Positions 38,268-48,031 of a stretch of DNA of 64,000 nucleotides are shown in pieces. The position numbers and the translations under genes are program-made. Below the pieces are notes generated by a model, which ran no database searches, was not told the DNA's origin, and worked only from the letters and a program-made list of their open reading frames with translations. Origin of the DNA: an uncultured Chloroflexia bacterium (GTDB lineage Bacteria > Chloroflexota > Limnocylindria > Limnocylindrales > CSP1-4); NCBI GenBank assembly GCA_963749705.1, contig CAVVNQ010000008.1, positions 288,001 through 352,000 on the forward strand, read 5' to 3'. How positions within the stretch are numbered: the stretch's first letter is position 1; each line of letters begins with the position of its first letter.

Positions 38268-39076
38268 GGCTGTACCGGTCCAACCTGCGCAAGCTGTTCC
38301 GGCGCCCGGCGACCTGGGTCACGTTCCTGCTCCTGGCCGGGCTGCTGGTCCTGATCTTCGTGGCGGTCGGGGCGACCGCGGGACAGGTCAACGACCCGGA
38401 GGCGCGGGCTCAGTCGAAGCTGCTGGTCACGTTCCCGGGCGCCTACCGGTTCATCCTGTCCTTCATCCTGGGGCTGGGCGGGCTGCTCGCGGTCACCTAC
38501 GGCGGCGCGGTCGCCGGATCGGAGTGGTCGTGGGGCACGCTCAAGGCCGCCGTGGCGCGCGGTGAGAGCCGGACGCGGTACACGCTGGTGGGGTACGGCG
38601 CCGTGGGCACGTTCGCGATCCTGGGGATCGTCGCCGCGTTCGGAGTGGGGGTCATCGCGGCGGCGCTGGGCGCCACCGCGGCCGGCGTCCCGCTCGACGG
38701 CATGGGCGACAGCGCCGAGCTCGGCACGCTGCCCGAGCTGTTCCTCCGGGGCTCGCTGGGGATCGGCATGAACGTCGCGCTGGGCTTTGCCATCGCCACC
38801 ATCGCGCGCAGCCAGCTGGCGGGAATCGGGGTCGGCATCGGGCTCTACTTCGGCGAGCAGTTCGCGGGCATCTTCCTGCGCGAGTGGGTCCGCTGGCTGC
38901 CGTTCGACGCGGCCAGTGCGTTGATCTCGACGGGCAGCCTGGGCGTCGAGGGCGGTCAGCGAACCGGGACGGGGCCGCTGGACGCGAACACGGCCGTGAT
39001 CGTGGTCATCGCCTGGCTCGTCGGGGCGCTGCTCGTGTCGTCCCTGTGGACGGAGCGCGCGGAGATCAGCGGGTAG
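38264..39076 (+). CDS. ABC-2 type permease
   Basis: Six TMs, EWSWGT motif; overlaps the ATPase stop. Confidence 0.88.
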   Translation: MRLYRSNLRKLFRRPATWVTFLLLAGLLVLIFVAVGATAGQVNDPEARAQSKLLVTFPGAYRFILSFILGLGGLLAVTYGGAVAGSEWSWGTLKAAVARGESRTRYTLVGYGAVGTFAILGIVAAFGVGVIAAALGATAAGVPLDGMGDSAELGTLPELFLRGSLGIGMNVALGFAIATIARSQLAGIGVGIGLYFGEQFAGIFLREWVRWLPFDAASALISTGSLGVEGGQRTGTGPLDANTAVIVVIAWLVGALLVSSLWTERAEISG

Positions 39077-39109
39077 GTCCGGCGGTCCGGCATCGCCGGC
39101 CGCAAACCC

Positions 39110-39616
39110 TCAGCCGGGGCCGCGCCTCGCGATCGTCGCCACGCGAGCACCCGTCACGCGGACGAGGTCCGCGGCCGCGAGCTCGATCTCCAGGCCGCGC
39201 CGACCGGCCGACACATGGATCGTCGGGTGGTCCATTGCCGAGGCATCCAGCACGATCGGCATCGGCCGCCTGGTTCCCAGCGGGCTGATCCCGCCCAGCA
39301 CGTAACCGGTGGCCTTCTCCGCATCGGGGGCCGCCGCGACCGAGGCCCGTCGCCCGCCGAGCGCGGACGCGACCGCCTTGAGATCGACCTCGGTGTCCGC
39401 GGGCACGACCGCCAGCGACAGCCGTCCGTCGACGGCGACCACGATCGTCTTGAACACCTGGCCCGCGTCGAGGTTCAGGGCCTCGACGGCCTCGAGCGCG
39501 TAGCCGCGGCCGCCCGCCTGGAGCGCCGATCGGGAATCGTGCGCATATTCATGCAGCCGATACGGGATCGCGGCCCGCCGGGCCGCGTCCGTCGCGCGCG
39601 TCTCGTGTGCGCCCAT
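39110..39616 (-). CDS. ybaK: YbaK/EbsC aminoacyl-tRNA deacylase
   Basis: VFKTIV, TGYVLGGISPLG, SAGRRGLEIEL. Confidence 0.92.
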   Translation of the reverse strand: MGAHETRATDAARRAAIPYRLHEYAHDSRSALQAGGRGYALEAVEALNLDAGQVFKTIVVAVDGRLSLAVVPADTEVDLKAVASALGGRRASVAAAPDAEKATGYVLGGISPLGTRRPMPIVLDASAMDHPTIHVSAGRRGLEIELAAADLVRVTGARVATIARRGPG

Positions 39617-39755
39617 GCCCGGCATTGTCGGGTATGCTCGGGCCCGTCCGACGGTTGCCGCCGCCCTGGCTCACCCGCGAGGGCGCCGCGCCGGGCCACG
39701 CACGCACGAACGCCACCCGCCGCCCAGCGGGCGCCACCGGAGAACACGAGCAGCC

Positions 39756-41024
39756 TTGCAATTCGAAGAGCTGGGACTCTCCGACAGCCTCCTGCGCACC
39801 GTCGCAGAGGAAGGCTACGCGGAGCCGACACCGGTCCAGGAGCGAGCCATCCCGCTCGTCCTGGCCGGCCGGGACGTCCTCGCCGCCGCCCAGACCGGCA
39901 CCGGCAAGACGGCGGCGTTCACGCTGCCGATCCTCGACCGGCTCAAGGGCCACGTCAACGCCTCGTTCTCGCCCGCCCGCCACCCCGTCCGCTGCCTGGT
40001 GATCACGCCCACCCGCGAGCTGGCGGTCCAGGTCGCGGAGTCGGTGAGGACCTACAGCCGCCACGTCCCGCTCCGGTCCGCGGTCGTCTATGGCGGCGTG
40101 CCGCTCGACCCCCAGATCAAGGAGCTCCGCGCGGGCGTCGAGATCCTGGTCGCCACGCCCGGCCGCCTGCTGGACCTGGTCGGACAGCGCGCGGCCAATC
40201 TCGCCCAGGTCGAGATCCTGGTCCTCGACGAGGCCGACCGGATGCTGGACATGGGCTTCATGCCCGACATCCGCCGGATCCTGGACCTGGTGGTGGCGCG
40301 CAAGCAGACCCTGATGTTCTCGGCGACGTTCTCCGACGACATCAAGCGCCTCGCCGGGTCGATCCTCAACGACCCCGAGACGATCGAGGTGTCGCGGCAC
40401 GGAACGGCCGCGGAGACGGTCCGCCAGATGGTCTACCCGGTCGACCGGGACCGCAAGGAGGAGCTGCTCGCCCACCTCATCGTCGAGGGCGACTGGCGCC
40501 AGGTCCTGGTGTTCACGCGGACCAAGATCGCCGCGTCCCGGCTCGCGTCGTGGCTGGACCGCCACGGCGTGGAAGCCACGGCGATCCACTCCGACCGCGC
40601 GCAATCGGACCGGACCAGGGCGCTCGAGGCGTTCAAGGCCGGCGAGGTGCGGGTCCTGGTGGCGACGGACGTCGCCGCCCGCGGCCTGGACATCGAGGAC
40701 CTGCCCCACGTCGTCAACTTCGAGCTGCCGTGGAACCCCGAGGACTACGTCCATCGCGTCGGGCGCACAGGTCGGGCCGGATTGACGGGCGACGCGATCA
40801 GCCTCGTGTGCATCGACGAGGCGGACCTGCTGCGCGGGGTCCAGCGGCTCCTCCAGCGCGCGATCCCGTGGACCGTGGAGGAGGGCTTCGTGCCGCGACG
40901 CGACGTGGAGGCGCAGCCGCTGCGGGCGCCGCGCGGCGCCGGCGGCCCGTCGAGCGGCGGTCGCGGACGCGGCGGCCCGGCGGCTGCGGCGCGAGGCGGT
41001 CGGCGCAGGACCGGGGTCGCCTAG
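39756..41024 (+). CDS. DEAD-box RNA helicase (RhlE-like), TTG start
   Basis: [31 protein letters not shown]. Confidence 0.93.
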   Translation: MQFEELGLSDSLLRTVAEEGYAEPTPVQERAIPLVLAGRDVLAAAQTGTGKTAAFTLPILDRLKGHVNASFSPARHPVRCLVITPTRELAVQVAESVRTYSRHVPLRSAVVYGGVPLDPQIKELRAGVEILVATPGRLLDLVGQRAANLAQVEILVLDEADRMLDMGFMPDIRRILDLVVARKQTLMFSATFSDDIKRLAGSILNDPETIEVSRHGTAAETVRQMVYPVDRDRKEELLAHLIVEGDWRQVLVFTRTKIAASRLASWLDRHGVEATAIHSDRAQSDRTRALEAFKAGEVRVLVATDVAARGLDIEDLPHVVNFELPWNPEDYVHRVGRTGRAGLTGDAISLVCIDEADLLRGVQRLLQRAIPWTVEEGFVPRRDVEAQPLRAPRGAGGPSSGGRGRGGPAAAARGGRRRTGVA

Positions 41025-41048
41025 AACCTCGAGCCCGCGGGCCGACGC

Positions 41049-42470
41049 TCAGCCGCTGGGCGACGACGTGGGGGTTGGGGCGGCGGTCGGTGGCGATGTC
41101 GGGAGGGGCACCCGGGTGGGGATCACGAGCTTGAGCAGCGAGGTTGCCACGCGGGTCGGGTCGACGGTTCCCTGGTTGGTCAGCACGACGATCGTGATCC
41201 CCTCGTCGGGCAGGTAGCGAGCTACGGTGCGGAAGCCGAGGTAGCGCCCGGAGTGGCCCAGCGCCGGCCAGCCGGCCAGCGTCGTCACCTGGATCCCGAG
41301 CCCGTACGGGACCCTGGCGTGCAGCGCCGGCGTCCGCCCGGCGTCGGCCAGCATCGCCGCCTGCATCGTCCCGGATAGCACCCTGCCGCCGGCGAACGCC
41401 TCCATCCAGCGAGCGGTGTCGAGCGCCGTCGACGCGATCGAGCCCGCCCCGCCGGCGGCGGTGATCACCGAGCGGAAGGGCATGACCTCGTCGCCGGAGC
41501 TGACGCGGATCTGGCGCGTGCTGCCGCCGGTGGTGGCGGTCCGGTAGCCGAGCGTCGTCGTCGCGCGGGGCCGCTCCGCAACCTGGTACCAGGTGTCGGA
41601 CAGCCCCAGTGGGTCCAGCAGCCGGTCCCGGATCTCGGTGGCCAGCGGCCGACCCGTGACGGCGGTCACAAGCTCGCCCAGCAGCAGGTAGTTGGTGTTG
41701 GCGTAGATCCAGGTGCTGCCCGGCTTCGCGTGCTTCGGGGTCAGGTAGGTCCATGACCTGGTCGGGGTCCACGCGGCGTCCGGCGCAGACTGGAGCGGCT
41801 TGTCGATCTTCGGGTTGAGGAAGAAGTCGGGCAGCCCGCTGGTGTGGTCGAGCAGCATCCGGACGGTGATCCGGGTGTCGAGCCGGTATGCCGGGAGCAG
41901 CGGCGCAACCGGCTGGTCGAGCGCCAGTCGGCCCTCCTCCACCAGCTGGAGGACCACGGCGGCGGTGTAGGTCTTGGAGATCGATGCGAGCGCGAACCCG
42001 CTGTCCGGCGTCACCGGTCGCTTGGCGGCGACATCGGCCAGCCCGGCGGCGCCGACCCAGCTCCGACCGTCGGCCCACAGGATCGCCACCGAGACCCCGG
42101 GCAGCTCGAGCGTCGACTGGAGCGTGGTCAGCCGCGCCTGGAGGGCATCCGCCGGGATGATCGCCGGACCGCCATACGGGCCCGGGTTGCCCGACGGTGG
42201 CGCGGATGGCGCGGTCGATGGATCGGGCGCGACGAGGGTCGGCGGGGCCGTGGTCGAAGGCGCCGGCGTCGTCCCGATCGTCGAGGTCGGCGTTTCGGTG
42301 GCGGAGCTCGAGCTCCCCGTTGCCCGAGCAACATCGGTCGCAACGGGCAGCGCCGCTCCGGCAAGCCCGCTTCCGATCAGCAGCGCGATCAGCACAAGGG
42401 CCGCCGTCAGCGCCGCTCCGACGGCCAGGCGGCGCGACCTCGACCTGGCGCCGGGCGACGGGTTCGGCAT
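41049..42470 (-). CDS. secreted serine hydrolase, beta-lactamase/D-peptidase family
   Basis: SISK (SxxK), LL.HTSG, YAN (YxN), GHSG; N-terminal TM and P/T linker. Confidence 0.9.
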   Translation of the reverse strand: MPNPSPGARSRSRRLAVGAALTAALVLIALLIGSGLAGAALPVATDVARATGSSSSATETPTSTIGTTPAPSTTAPPTLVAPDPSTAPSAPPSGNPGPYGGPAIIPADALQARLTTLQSTLELPGVSVAILWADGRSWVGAAGLADVAAKRPVTPDSGFALASISKTYTAAVVLQLVEEGRLALDQPVAPLLPAYRLDTRITVRMLLDHTSGLPDFFLNPKIDKPLQSAPDAAWTPTRSWTYLTPKHAKPGSTWIYANTNYLLLGELVTAVTGRPLATEIRDRLLDPLGLSDTWYQVAERPRATTTLGYRTATTGGSTRQIRVSSGDEVMPFRSVITAAGGAGSIASTALDTARWMEAFAGGRVLSGTMQAAMLADAGRTPALHARVPYGLGIQVTTLAGWPALGHSGRYLGFRTVARYLPDEGITIVVLTNQGTVDPTRVATSLLKLVIPTRVPLPTSPPTAAPTPTSSPSG

Positions 42471-42552
42471 GATGGTGAGACCATAGCCCCCCGGCGCGAC
42501 GACCGCAGTTGCCGGCCGGCCCACTCCCCGAACCCGATGGTGTCACCCGCTC

Positions 42553-43770
42553 ATGCCCGACGACCGCAGCGCCGCCACCCTGCTCCGCGAGGTCGGCCTG
42601 ATGGCCGACGGCCCCGCCCTGTGGGGGAAGCCCGTGAGGCACGCCGGGCCGGGTGTCTACGTGGTGGAGCTCAACGACCCGGTCGCCGCCGCGCCGACCG
42701 ACCTTGCCGCGATCGGGAAGTGGCTGGAGCGAGTGCCTGACCTCCGCCTGGACGGCGTGCGGCCCACGTCGCGGGATCTCCAGCAGCGGCTGGGCGGGTG
42801 GTGGCTGCCGTCACAGCCGGTGCTGCTCATCGGGAGCACGGCGGGCTCGGTTGCGGGCCGGGTGGCCGCGATCACGAAGACCGTTCCCGGCAACCGCAAG
42901 CCCGCGGCGTCGGGGTTCTGGCTCCACTTCCTCCGCTCGTCCGCCGAGCTCCGCGTGTGGTGGGCATCGACCGACGCGCCGGAGGAGTACGAGGACGCCC
43001 TGGTCGACGCGTTCGCCGCTGGCGTGCCGGCCGCCGATCGCGCCGCGCTCCCCGACCCGTCGGTCGTCCTGCCCTGGGCCACCCTCCGCTCGCCGTCGGG
43101 CGTGCACAAGGCCACCGGGATCACCAACCCGCTGCTGCCCGAGGTCCGGGCTGCCGAACCGCAGCCCATCACCCGGATCGTCGATCTCCCTGCCGCGGAG
43201 GCCGACGGTGCCCGGGACGAGGCTCGGCGCGGTCGGCGCCCCGCTCCCGGCCGTGGCACCGGACGGGTAGCCGCGGCCGCCGCGTACGCGGCCCAGGGTT
43301 CGCCGCGCAGGGCCCCGGAGCCGATCTACCTGTCGCCCGAGGGGCTCGAGCGGATCGAGGCCGAGCTGGCCGAGCTGGTCGCCCAGCGACCCGAGGTCAT
43401 CAAGCGGATCGCCACCGCCCGCGAGCACGGCGACCTCAAGGAGAACGCCGAGTACCACGCCGCGCGGGAGGAGCAGGGGTTCCTCGAAGGCCGCATCAAG
43501 TCCATCGAGGCGAAGCTCAAGATCGCCGTGGTCGTCGCACCCACCGAGCGCGGTGCGCGGGTCGAGCTCGGTGCCCGGATCCGGGTCGAGGTCGACGGCG
43601 AGGAGGTCCGGATGCAGGTGGTGAGCTCGGCGGAGGCAAGCTCACGCGAGGGCCGGATCTCGAGCGCCTCGCCGGTCGGCGCGGCGTTGATGGGACGCAG
43701 CGTGGGCGACGTGGTCACGATCCGGACGCCCGGCGGCGAGATCCGGTACACGATCCTCGAGATCGAGTAG
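42553..43770 (+). CDS. greA: transcription elongation factor GreA with about 250-aa N-terminal extension (GIY-YIG-like)
   Basis: C-terminal AREHGDLKENAEYHAA...ISSASPVG.AL.G; N-terminal PGVYVV...VLLIG...R...E pattern. Confidence 0.85.
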   Translation: MPDDRSAATLLREVGLMADGPALWGKPVRHAGPGVYVVELNDPVAAAPTDLAAIGKWLERVPDLRLDGVRPTSRDLQQRLGGWWLPSQPVLLIGSTAGSVAGRVAAITKTVPGNRKPAASGFWLHFLRSSAELRVWWASTDAPEEYEDALVDAFAAGVPAADRAALPDPSVVLPWATLRSPSGVHKATGITNPLLPEVRAAEPQPITRIVDLPAAEADGARDEARRGRRPAPGRGTGRVAAAAAYAAQGSPRRAPEPIYLSPEGLERIEAELAELVAQRPEVIKRIATAREHGDLKENAEYHAAREEQGFLEGRIKSIEAKLKIAVVVAPTERGARVELGARIRVEVDGEEVRMQVVSSAEASSREGRISSASPVGAALMGRSVGDVVTIRTPGGEIRYTILEIE

Positions 43771-43777
43771 CCGACGT

Positions 43778-44458
43778 TCAGGCGCGCTGGCCGGGACGGC
43801 CGCGGACCAGCGACAGCACGACCATCACCGCGCCCAGCCCGATCACCACGAACGGCAGCGCCTCGTCGAGGCCCGCGAGCCGTTCGCCGGACAGGCCGAT
43901 CGCGCCCTCGAAGAACAGGGCGAAGCCGAGGAACAGCCCGAGGCCGATGAGCGTCAGCCGCAGCCCGTCGCCGACGAGCTCGCGATCGCCGCGGGCCAGC
44001 CCGTAGACCAGCATCCCGAGGCCCGGACCGGTCGGCGCGACGAGCGCCCAGGCGTAGGCCCACGTCTCGTACAGCCCGTAGCTCTCCTGGACCCACAGCA
44101 CGAGGCCGACCATGGTCACGATGGCGCCGGGGATCGCCAGCCCGACGCCGCCACGCGGCGGGATGAACAGCGATCCGGTCAGCATGGCCAGGCCGGGCAC
44201 GATGATCCACAGCGGCCAGGCGTGCGCACCGAGGGTGATGTCCAGGACCCGGCCGACCAGGAACAGGGTGCCGACGATGACCAGGATGATGCCGCCCACG
44301 AGGGCGAGCTGCGGCGACCCCGGCGTGTCGGTACGGAACGGGGGCGGTGCGGCCGGTGTCATCGGCGTGGCTGGCGGCACCGGCGTCGTGGGCGGTGGTG
44401 TCGGCGCTGCCGGGGTCGGCTCAACGGGCGGCGGGGCGAACGGATCGGGCGTGGTCAT
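43778..44458 (-). CDS. LiaI/LiaF-like (DUF5668-type) membrane protein
   Basis: Pro-rich N-terminus; G.ILV.VG..FL...WPL repeats. Confidence 0.7.
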   Translation of the reverse strand: MTTPDPFAPPPVEPTPAAPTPPPTTPVPPATPMTPAAPPPFRTDTPGSPQLALVGGIILVIVGTLFLVGRVLDITLGAHAWPLWIIVPGLAMLTGSLFIPPRGGVGLAIPGAIVTMVGLVLWVQESYGLYETWAYAWALVAPTGPGLGMLVYGLARGDRELVGDGLRLTLIGLGLFLGFALFFEGAIGLSGERLAGLDEALPFVVIGLGAVMVVLSLVRGRPGQRA

Positions 44459-44611
44459 CGACGGGCTCCCTCCTGCGGTTCGACGATGCTACTGCCCGCC
44501 ATCGCCCCGCTCAACGTCCGATGGGAGCGTTCGCAGCGGCCACCAGGCAGGTGTGCGACGGCGGCGCCGCGCGATCGTCAGCCGGGTTCGCGACGGCGGC
44601 GCCGCGCCACG

Positions 44612-45814
44612 TCAGCCGGCGCCCTCGCCCTGGACCTCGGACCAGCGGAAGCACCGCGTCACGTGGTCGTTGACGAGCCCGGCCGACTGCATCAGCGCGT
44701 AGCAGATCGTCGGTCCCACGAACCGGAAGCCCCGGGCGCGCAGCTCGCGGCTCATCGCGCGCGAGACGTCCGTCTCGGCCGGGATCTCGGCCATGCCGGC
44801 CGCGGCGTTGACCACCGGCCGATCGCCGACGAACGACCACAGGAGCGAGGTGAGCGTGGTCCCTGCGGCGTGCAGGGCCAGGGTCGCCCGGGCGTTGTCG
44901 ATCGCCGCCGCGACCTTGGCCCGGTTGCGCACGATGCCCGGGTCGTCCAGCAGCCGGGCGACATCGTTCGCGTCGAACGCGGCGACGGCCGCGGGATCGA
45001 AGCCCGCGAACGCGCGCCGGTAGCCATCGCGCTTGTGGAGGATGGTCGACCACGACAGCCCGGCCTGGGCACCCTCCAGGACGAGCAGCTCGAACAGGTG
45101 GCGCTCGTCGCGAACCGGCACGCCCCACTCCCGGTCGTGGTACGCGCGATACAGCGGATCCGGACCCTCCGCCCAGGCGCATCGGGTGGCGTCGCCGGCG
45201 GCCTCGCCGGGGGCATCGGGGCCGACCACGGGGGCGGCGTCGCGTGCGCCGGCATCCTCCGGGTCCGCGTGGTTGTCAATCGCTGCGTCGGGGGCCGCGT
45301 CATCGAGCCCGCGGAGGAAGGCTGCGATCCGGTCGAGCGCGTCATCGAGCACCGGCTTGAGCGAATGGCCGAGCTTCGGATACTCGACCAGGCTGCCGGC
45401 CGCCAACGTGGGCACGGCTGCCCGCAGCAGGTCGTGCCGGGCGAACGGATCCGAGGTGCCGGACAGGAGCAGGGCCGGGACGCGGATCCGGGACCAATGT
45501 TCCGTCCGTGCCGCCGCGGTCTCGGGCGCGCCTGGCCGGTGGAGCGGGTAGCTGAGGCAGACCAGGCCGGCGTATCGGCGGCTGCCGGCGGCGACGGCCA
45601 GCGATGCGACCCGACCGCCGTACGAATGCCCGCCGATCACGATCCCCGGCTCGTCGGGCACCTGGGCCTCGAACGCCGCAACCGCATCCTCGGCGCGACG
45701 TCGCGGGAGGTCGACGGCGTGGGCGTCGAAGCCGCGCGCTCGCAGGCCGTCGACCCAGGGCGCCATCGACGCCGCATTGCCCGATGCACCATGGCCGAGG
45801 TAGATCCGCGTCAT
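44612..45814 (-). CDS. tag: alpha/beta hydrolase fused to DNA-3-methyladenine glycosylase I
   Basis: GHSYGG nucleophile, YPLH, G..DPF; then RC.W, YHD.EWG, LEGAQAGLSW, VGPT..YA.MQ..G.VNDH...C. Confidence 0.85.
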   Translation of the reverse strand: MTRIYLGHGASGNAASMAPWVDGLRARGFDAHAVDLPRRRAEDAVAAFEAQVPDEPGIVIGGHSYGGRVASLAVAAGSRRYAGLVCLSYPLHRPGAPETAAARTEHWSRIRVPALLLSGTSDPFARHDLLRAAVPTLAAGSLVEYPKLGHSLKPVLDDALDRIAAFLRGLDDAAPDAAIDNHADPEDAGARDAAPVVGPDAPGEAAGDATRCAWAEGPDPLYRAYHDREWGVPVRDERHLFELLVLEGAQAGLSWSTILHKRDGYRRAFAGFDPAAVAAFDANDVARLLDDPGIVRNRAKVAAAIDNARATLALHAAGTTLTSLLWSFVGDRPVVNAAAGMAEIPAETDVSRAMSRELRARGFRFVGPTICYALMQSAGLVNDHVTRCFRWSEVQGEGAG

Positions 45815-45866
45815 CGGGCGACGGTACCCCGGCGGGCGGGTCGGGGTCGACCGGGCGCGAGCGCGG

Positions 45867-46733
45867 TCACAGCTCGCGGCGGCGGAACAGGGTCACCCCG
45901 GCGAGCAGGACGAGGGCGATCCAGGCCACGCTCCAGGCGACGAACGGCAGCGGCGGCGGCTCGCTCGCAAAGAACGGGTTCGCCTGCATCGCCTGGATGT
46001 TGCGGCCCGCCGCGGCCAGCAGCACCACCGGCGGCTCGAGGCCGTAGATCACGCCGCGCCACAGCCCATCGGTGGGGATCAGCACCCGGACGACGTCGGC
46101 ACCACCGGCCAGCGGCGCCGCGTCGAACGCGATCGCGATGTTGCCCAGCACGCCGGCGAACCAGCCGAGCCCGAACAGCACGACCGTGATGGCACCCGCG
46201 GCGATCGCCGGCAGCCGGGTGCCCAGGGTCAGCGCGACGGTCAGGACCGCGATCGACTGGAGCGCGAGGAAGCCGACCGCGACCATCGGCTGCGGCGGCA
46301 CGTGCCCGCTCACCAGTGCCACCACGGCGATCGCGAGCAGCCCGGACACGACGGCATACCCGGTGACCATGATCGAGAGCCCCAGCCAGCGGCCGACCAC
46401 GAGGTCGATCCGGCGCAGCGGCCGGGCCAGCATCGCGAGCACCGTCCCCGACTCCACGTCCGACGCGATGGCCGGCGCGGACAGGAACGCGGCCGACATC
46501 GCGAGCACGAAGCTGAACATGAATGCGATCAGGATCAGGACCTGGGACACGCCGATCCGGATCTCCAGCTCCTCGACGCCGTCGGCGCGGGCCGTGGTCA
46601 CCAGTCGCTCGACGCCCCAGCCGACGAGCACGACGCTGATCAGCGACAGCGCGAGCAGGACCCACAGGATCCGGCGCCGGACGATCTCGCGCAGGGTGAG
46701 GGCCGCGATCACCAGGACCAGCCGGGGGCTCAT
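45867..46733 (-). CDS. ABC transporter permease
   Basis: LT.RE..RRR, D.ESGT...LARP, six TMs, F.RREL. Confidence 0.88.
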   Translation of the reverse strand: MSPRLVLVIAALTLREIVRRRILWVLLALSLISVVLVGWGVERLVTTARADGVEELEIRIGVSQVLILIAFMFSFVLAMSAAFLSAPAIASDVESGTVLAMLARPLRRIDLVVGRWLGLSIMVTGYAVVSGLLAIAVVALVSGHVPPQPMVAVGFLALQSIAVLTVALTLGTRLPAIAAGAITVVLFGLGWFAGVLGNIAIAFDAAPLAGGADVVRVLIPTDGLWRGVIYGLEPPVVLLAAAGRNIQAMQANPFFASEPPPLPFVAWSVAWIALVLLAGVTLFRRREL

Positions 46734-47701
46734 CGGATCGTACCGTCGCTTGCGTGCCCGTCGCCGGCGTCCATGTCATCGCCGGGCGATCCGTCGCCCG
46801 CCCCGGCGGCGCGCACGACGTCGAGGAACGCGTCCTCGAGCGAGCGGCGCGCCGGATCGACGGCATGGACCCGACCGCCCGCGGCGACCACGGCCGCGAC
46901 GACGTCCGGGATGCGGGCCGGGTCCAGCGGCCGGATCGTCAGCCAGTCTCCCTCGCGGGCGAGCGGCCCGAACGGGCGCAGCGTCTCGTCGCCGATCGGC
47001 AGGTCGGTGACCCGGAGCCGCACGGCCGGCTCGCCCAGCAGGTCGCCCAGCGCGCCGGCGGCGACCACGCTGCCGCGGTTGACGATCGCGACCCGGTCGC
47101 ACAGGCGCTCCACCTCGCCCAGGAGGTGGGAGTTGAGCAGCACCGCGGAGCCGCGCTCGCGTGCCTCGCGGATGATCGCCCGTACGTCCTCGCGACCGAG
47201 CGGGTCCAGCGCGGACGTCGGCTCGTCGAGGATGACCAGCGCCGGGTCCCCGAGCAGGGCCGCAGCCAGGCCGAGCCGCTGCTGCATGCCCTTCGAGAAG
47301 CCGCCGATCCGGTCGCGGGCCCGCGCATCGAGCCCGGCGAGCGCGAGGACCCGCCCGATCTCGGGCTCGCGCGAGGCCCGCGGGAGGCCCGCGAGCTCGG
47401 CGTGCAGGGCGAGCACCTCGTGCGCGGACAGCCACGCCTGGTAGCGGAACATCTCGGGCAGGTAGCCGATCCGCCGGCGTGCCTCGCGGTCGCCGAGCGG
47501 GCGTCCGAGCACGCGGCCGGACCCCGAGGTGGGCCGCGCCAGTCCCAGCAGGAGCTTGACCGCGGTCGTCTTGCCGGCGCCGTTGGGACCGAGGAACCCG
47601 AACACCTCGCCCGGCTCCACGCGCAGGTCGAGCGCGTCGAGCGCCAGCGTCTGCCCGTAGACCTTGCGCAGGCCGTGGGTCTCGATCGCGGGCGGGATCA
47701 T
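46730..47701 (-). CDS. ABC transporter ATP-binding protein
   Basis: GPNGAGKT, FSKGMQQR, ILDEP, NSH. Confidence 0.93.
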   Translation of the reverse strand: MIPPAIETHGLRKVYGQTLALDALDLRVEPGEVFGFLGPNGAGKTTAVKLLLGLARPTSGSGRVLGRPLGDREARRRIGYLPEMFRYQAWLSAHEVLALHAELAGLPRASREPEIGRVLALAGLDARARDRIGGFSKGMQQRLGLAAALLGDPALVILDEPTSALDPLGREDVRAIIREARERGSAVLLNSHLLGEVERLCDRVAIVNRGSVVAAGALGDLLGEPAVRLRVTDLPIGDETLRPFGPLAREGDWLTIRPLDPARIPDVVAAVVAAGGRVHAVDPARRSLEDAFLDVVRAAGAGDGSPGDDMDAGDGHASDGTIR

Positions 47702-47740
47702 GGGCCAATTCTCCGGCTTGCGGACGGATCCGTCCGGGTT

Positions 47741-47761
47741 CGTGACAGGCTAGGTGTCACG
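47741..47761. promoter_or_regulatory. palindromic operator candidate between divergent genes
   Basis: CGTGACA-N7-TGTCACG. Confidence 0.4.
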
Positions 47762-47813
47762 GGACGCGCCCAGTCTGGCGATCGTGACGACCAACCAGCC
47801 GGAGGCCCGAATC

Positions 47814-47951
47814 ATGATCTTCGTCGATTGCCCGCTGTGCGACCGGGCAGCCCCGCTCGACACGGCCGGCGACGCGCTGGACTGCCCCACCTGCGGGGTC
47901 CACCTCGACCTGGCCCCGGACGACGTGCCGGTCCTCGCCGCGGCCGCCTGA
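47814..47951 (+). CDS. 45-aa zinc-ribbon protein
   Basis: CPLC...CPTC; GGAGG RBS. Confidence 0.7.
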   Translation: MIFVDCPLCDRAAPLDTAGDALDCPTCGVHLDLAPDDVPVLAAAA

Positions 47952-48031
47952 TCGGACGGCAACGCACGGACCTGCCGCGACGCGAACCACCCGCCGCGAC
48001 GCGGATCCGTGGGTGCACCGGCGTTGCCGGG

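Noticed and set aside
47741-47761. CRP site
   Set aside because: GTGA-TCAC spacing is 11 bp, not 6; kept only as a generic palindrome
47814-47951. LysW carrier protein
   Set aside because: Lacks the C-terminal EDWGE, and there are no lysX/argX neighbours
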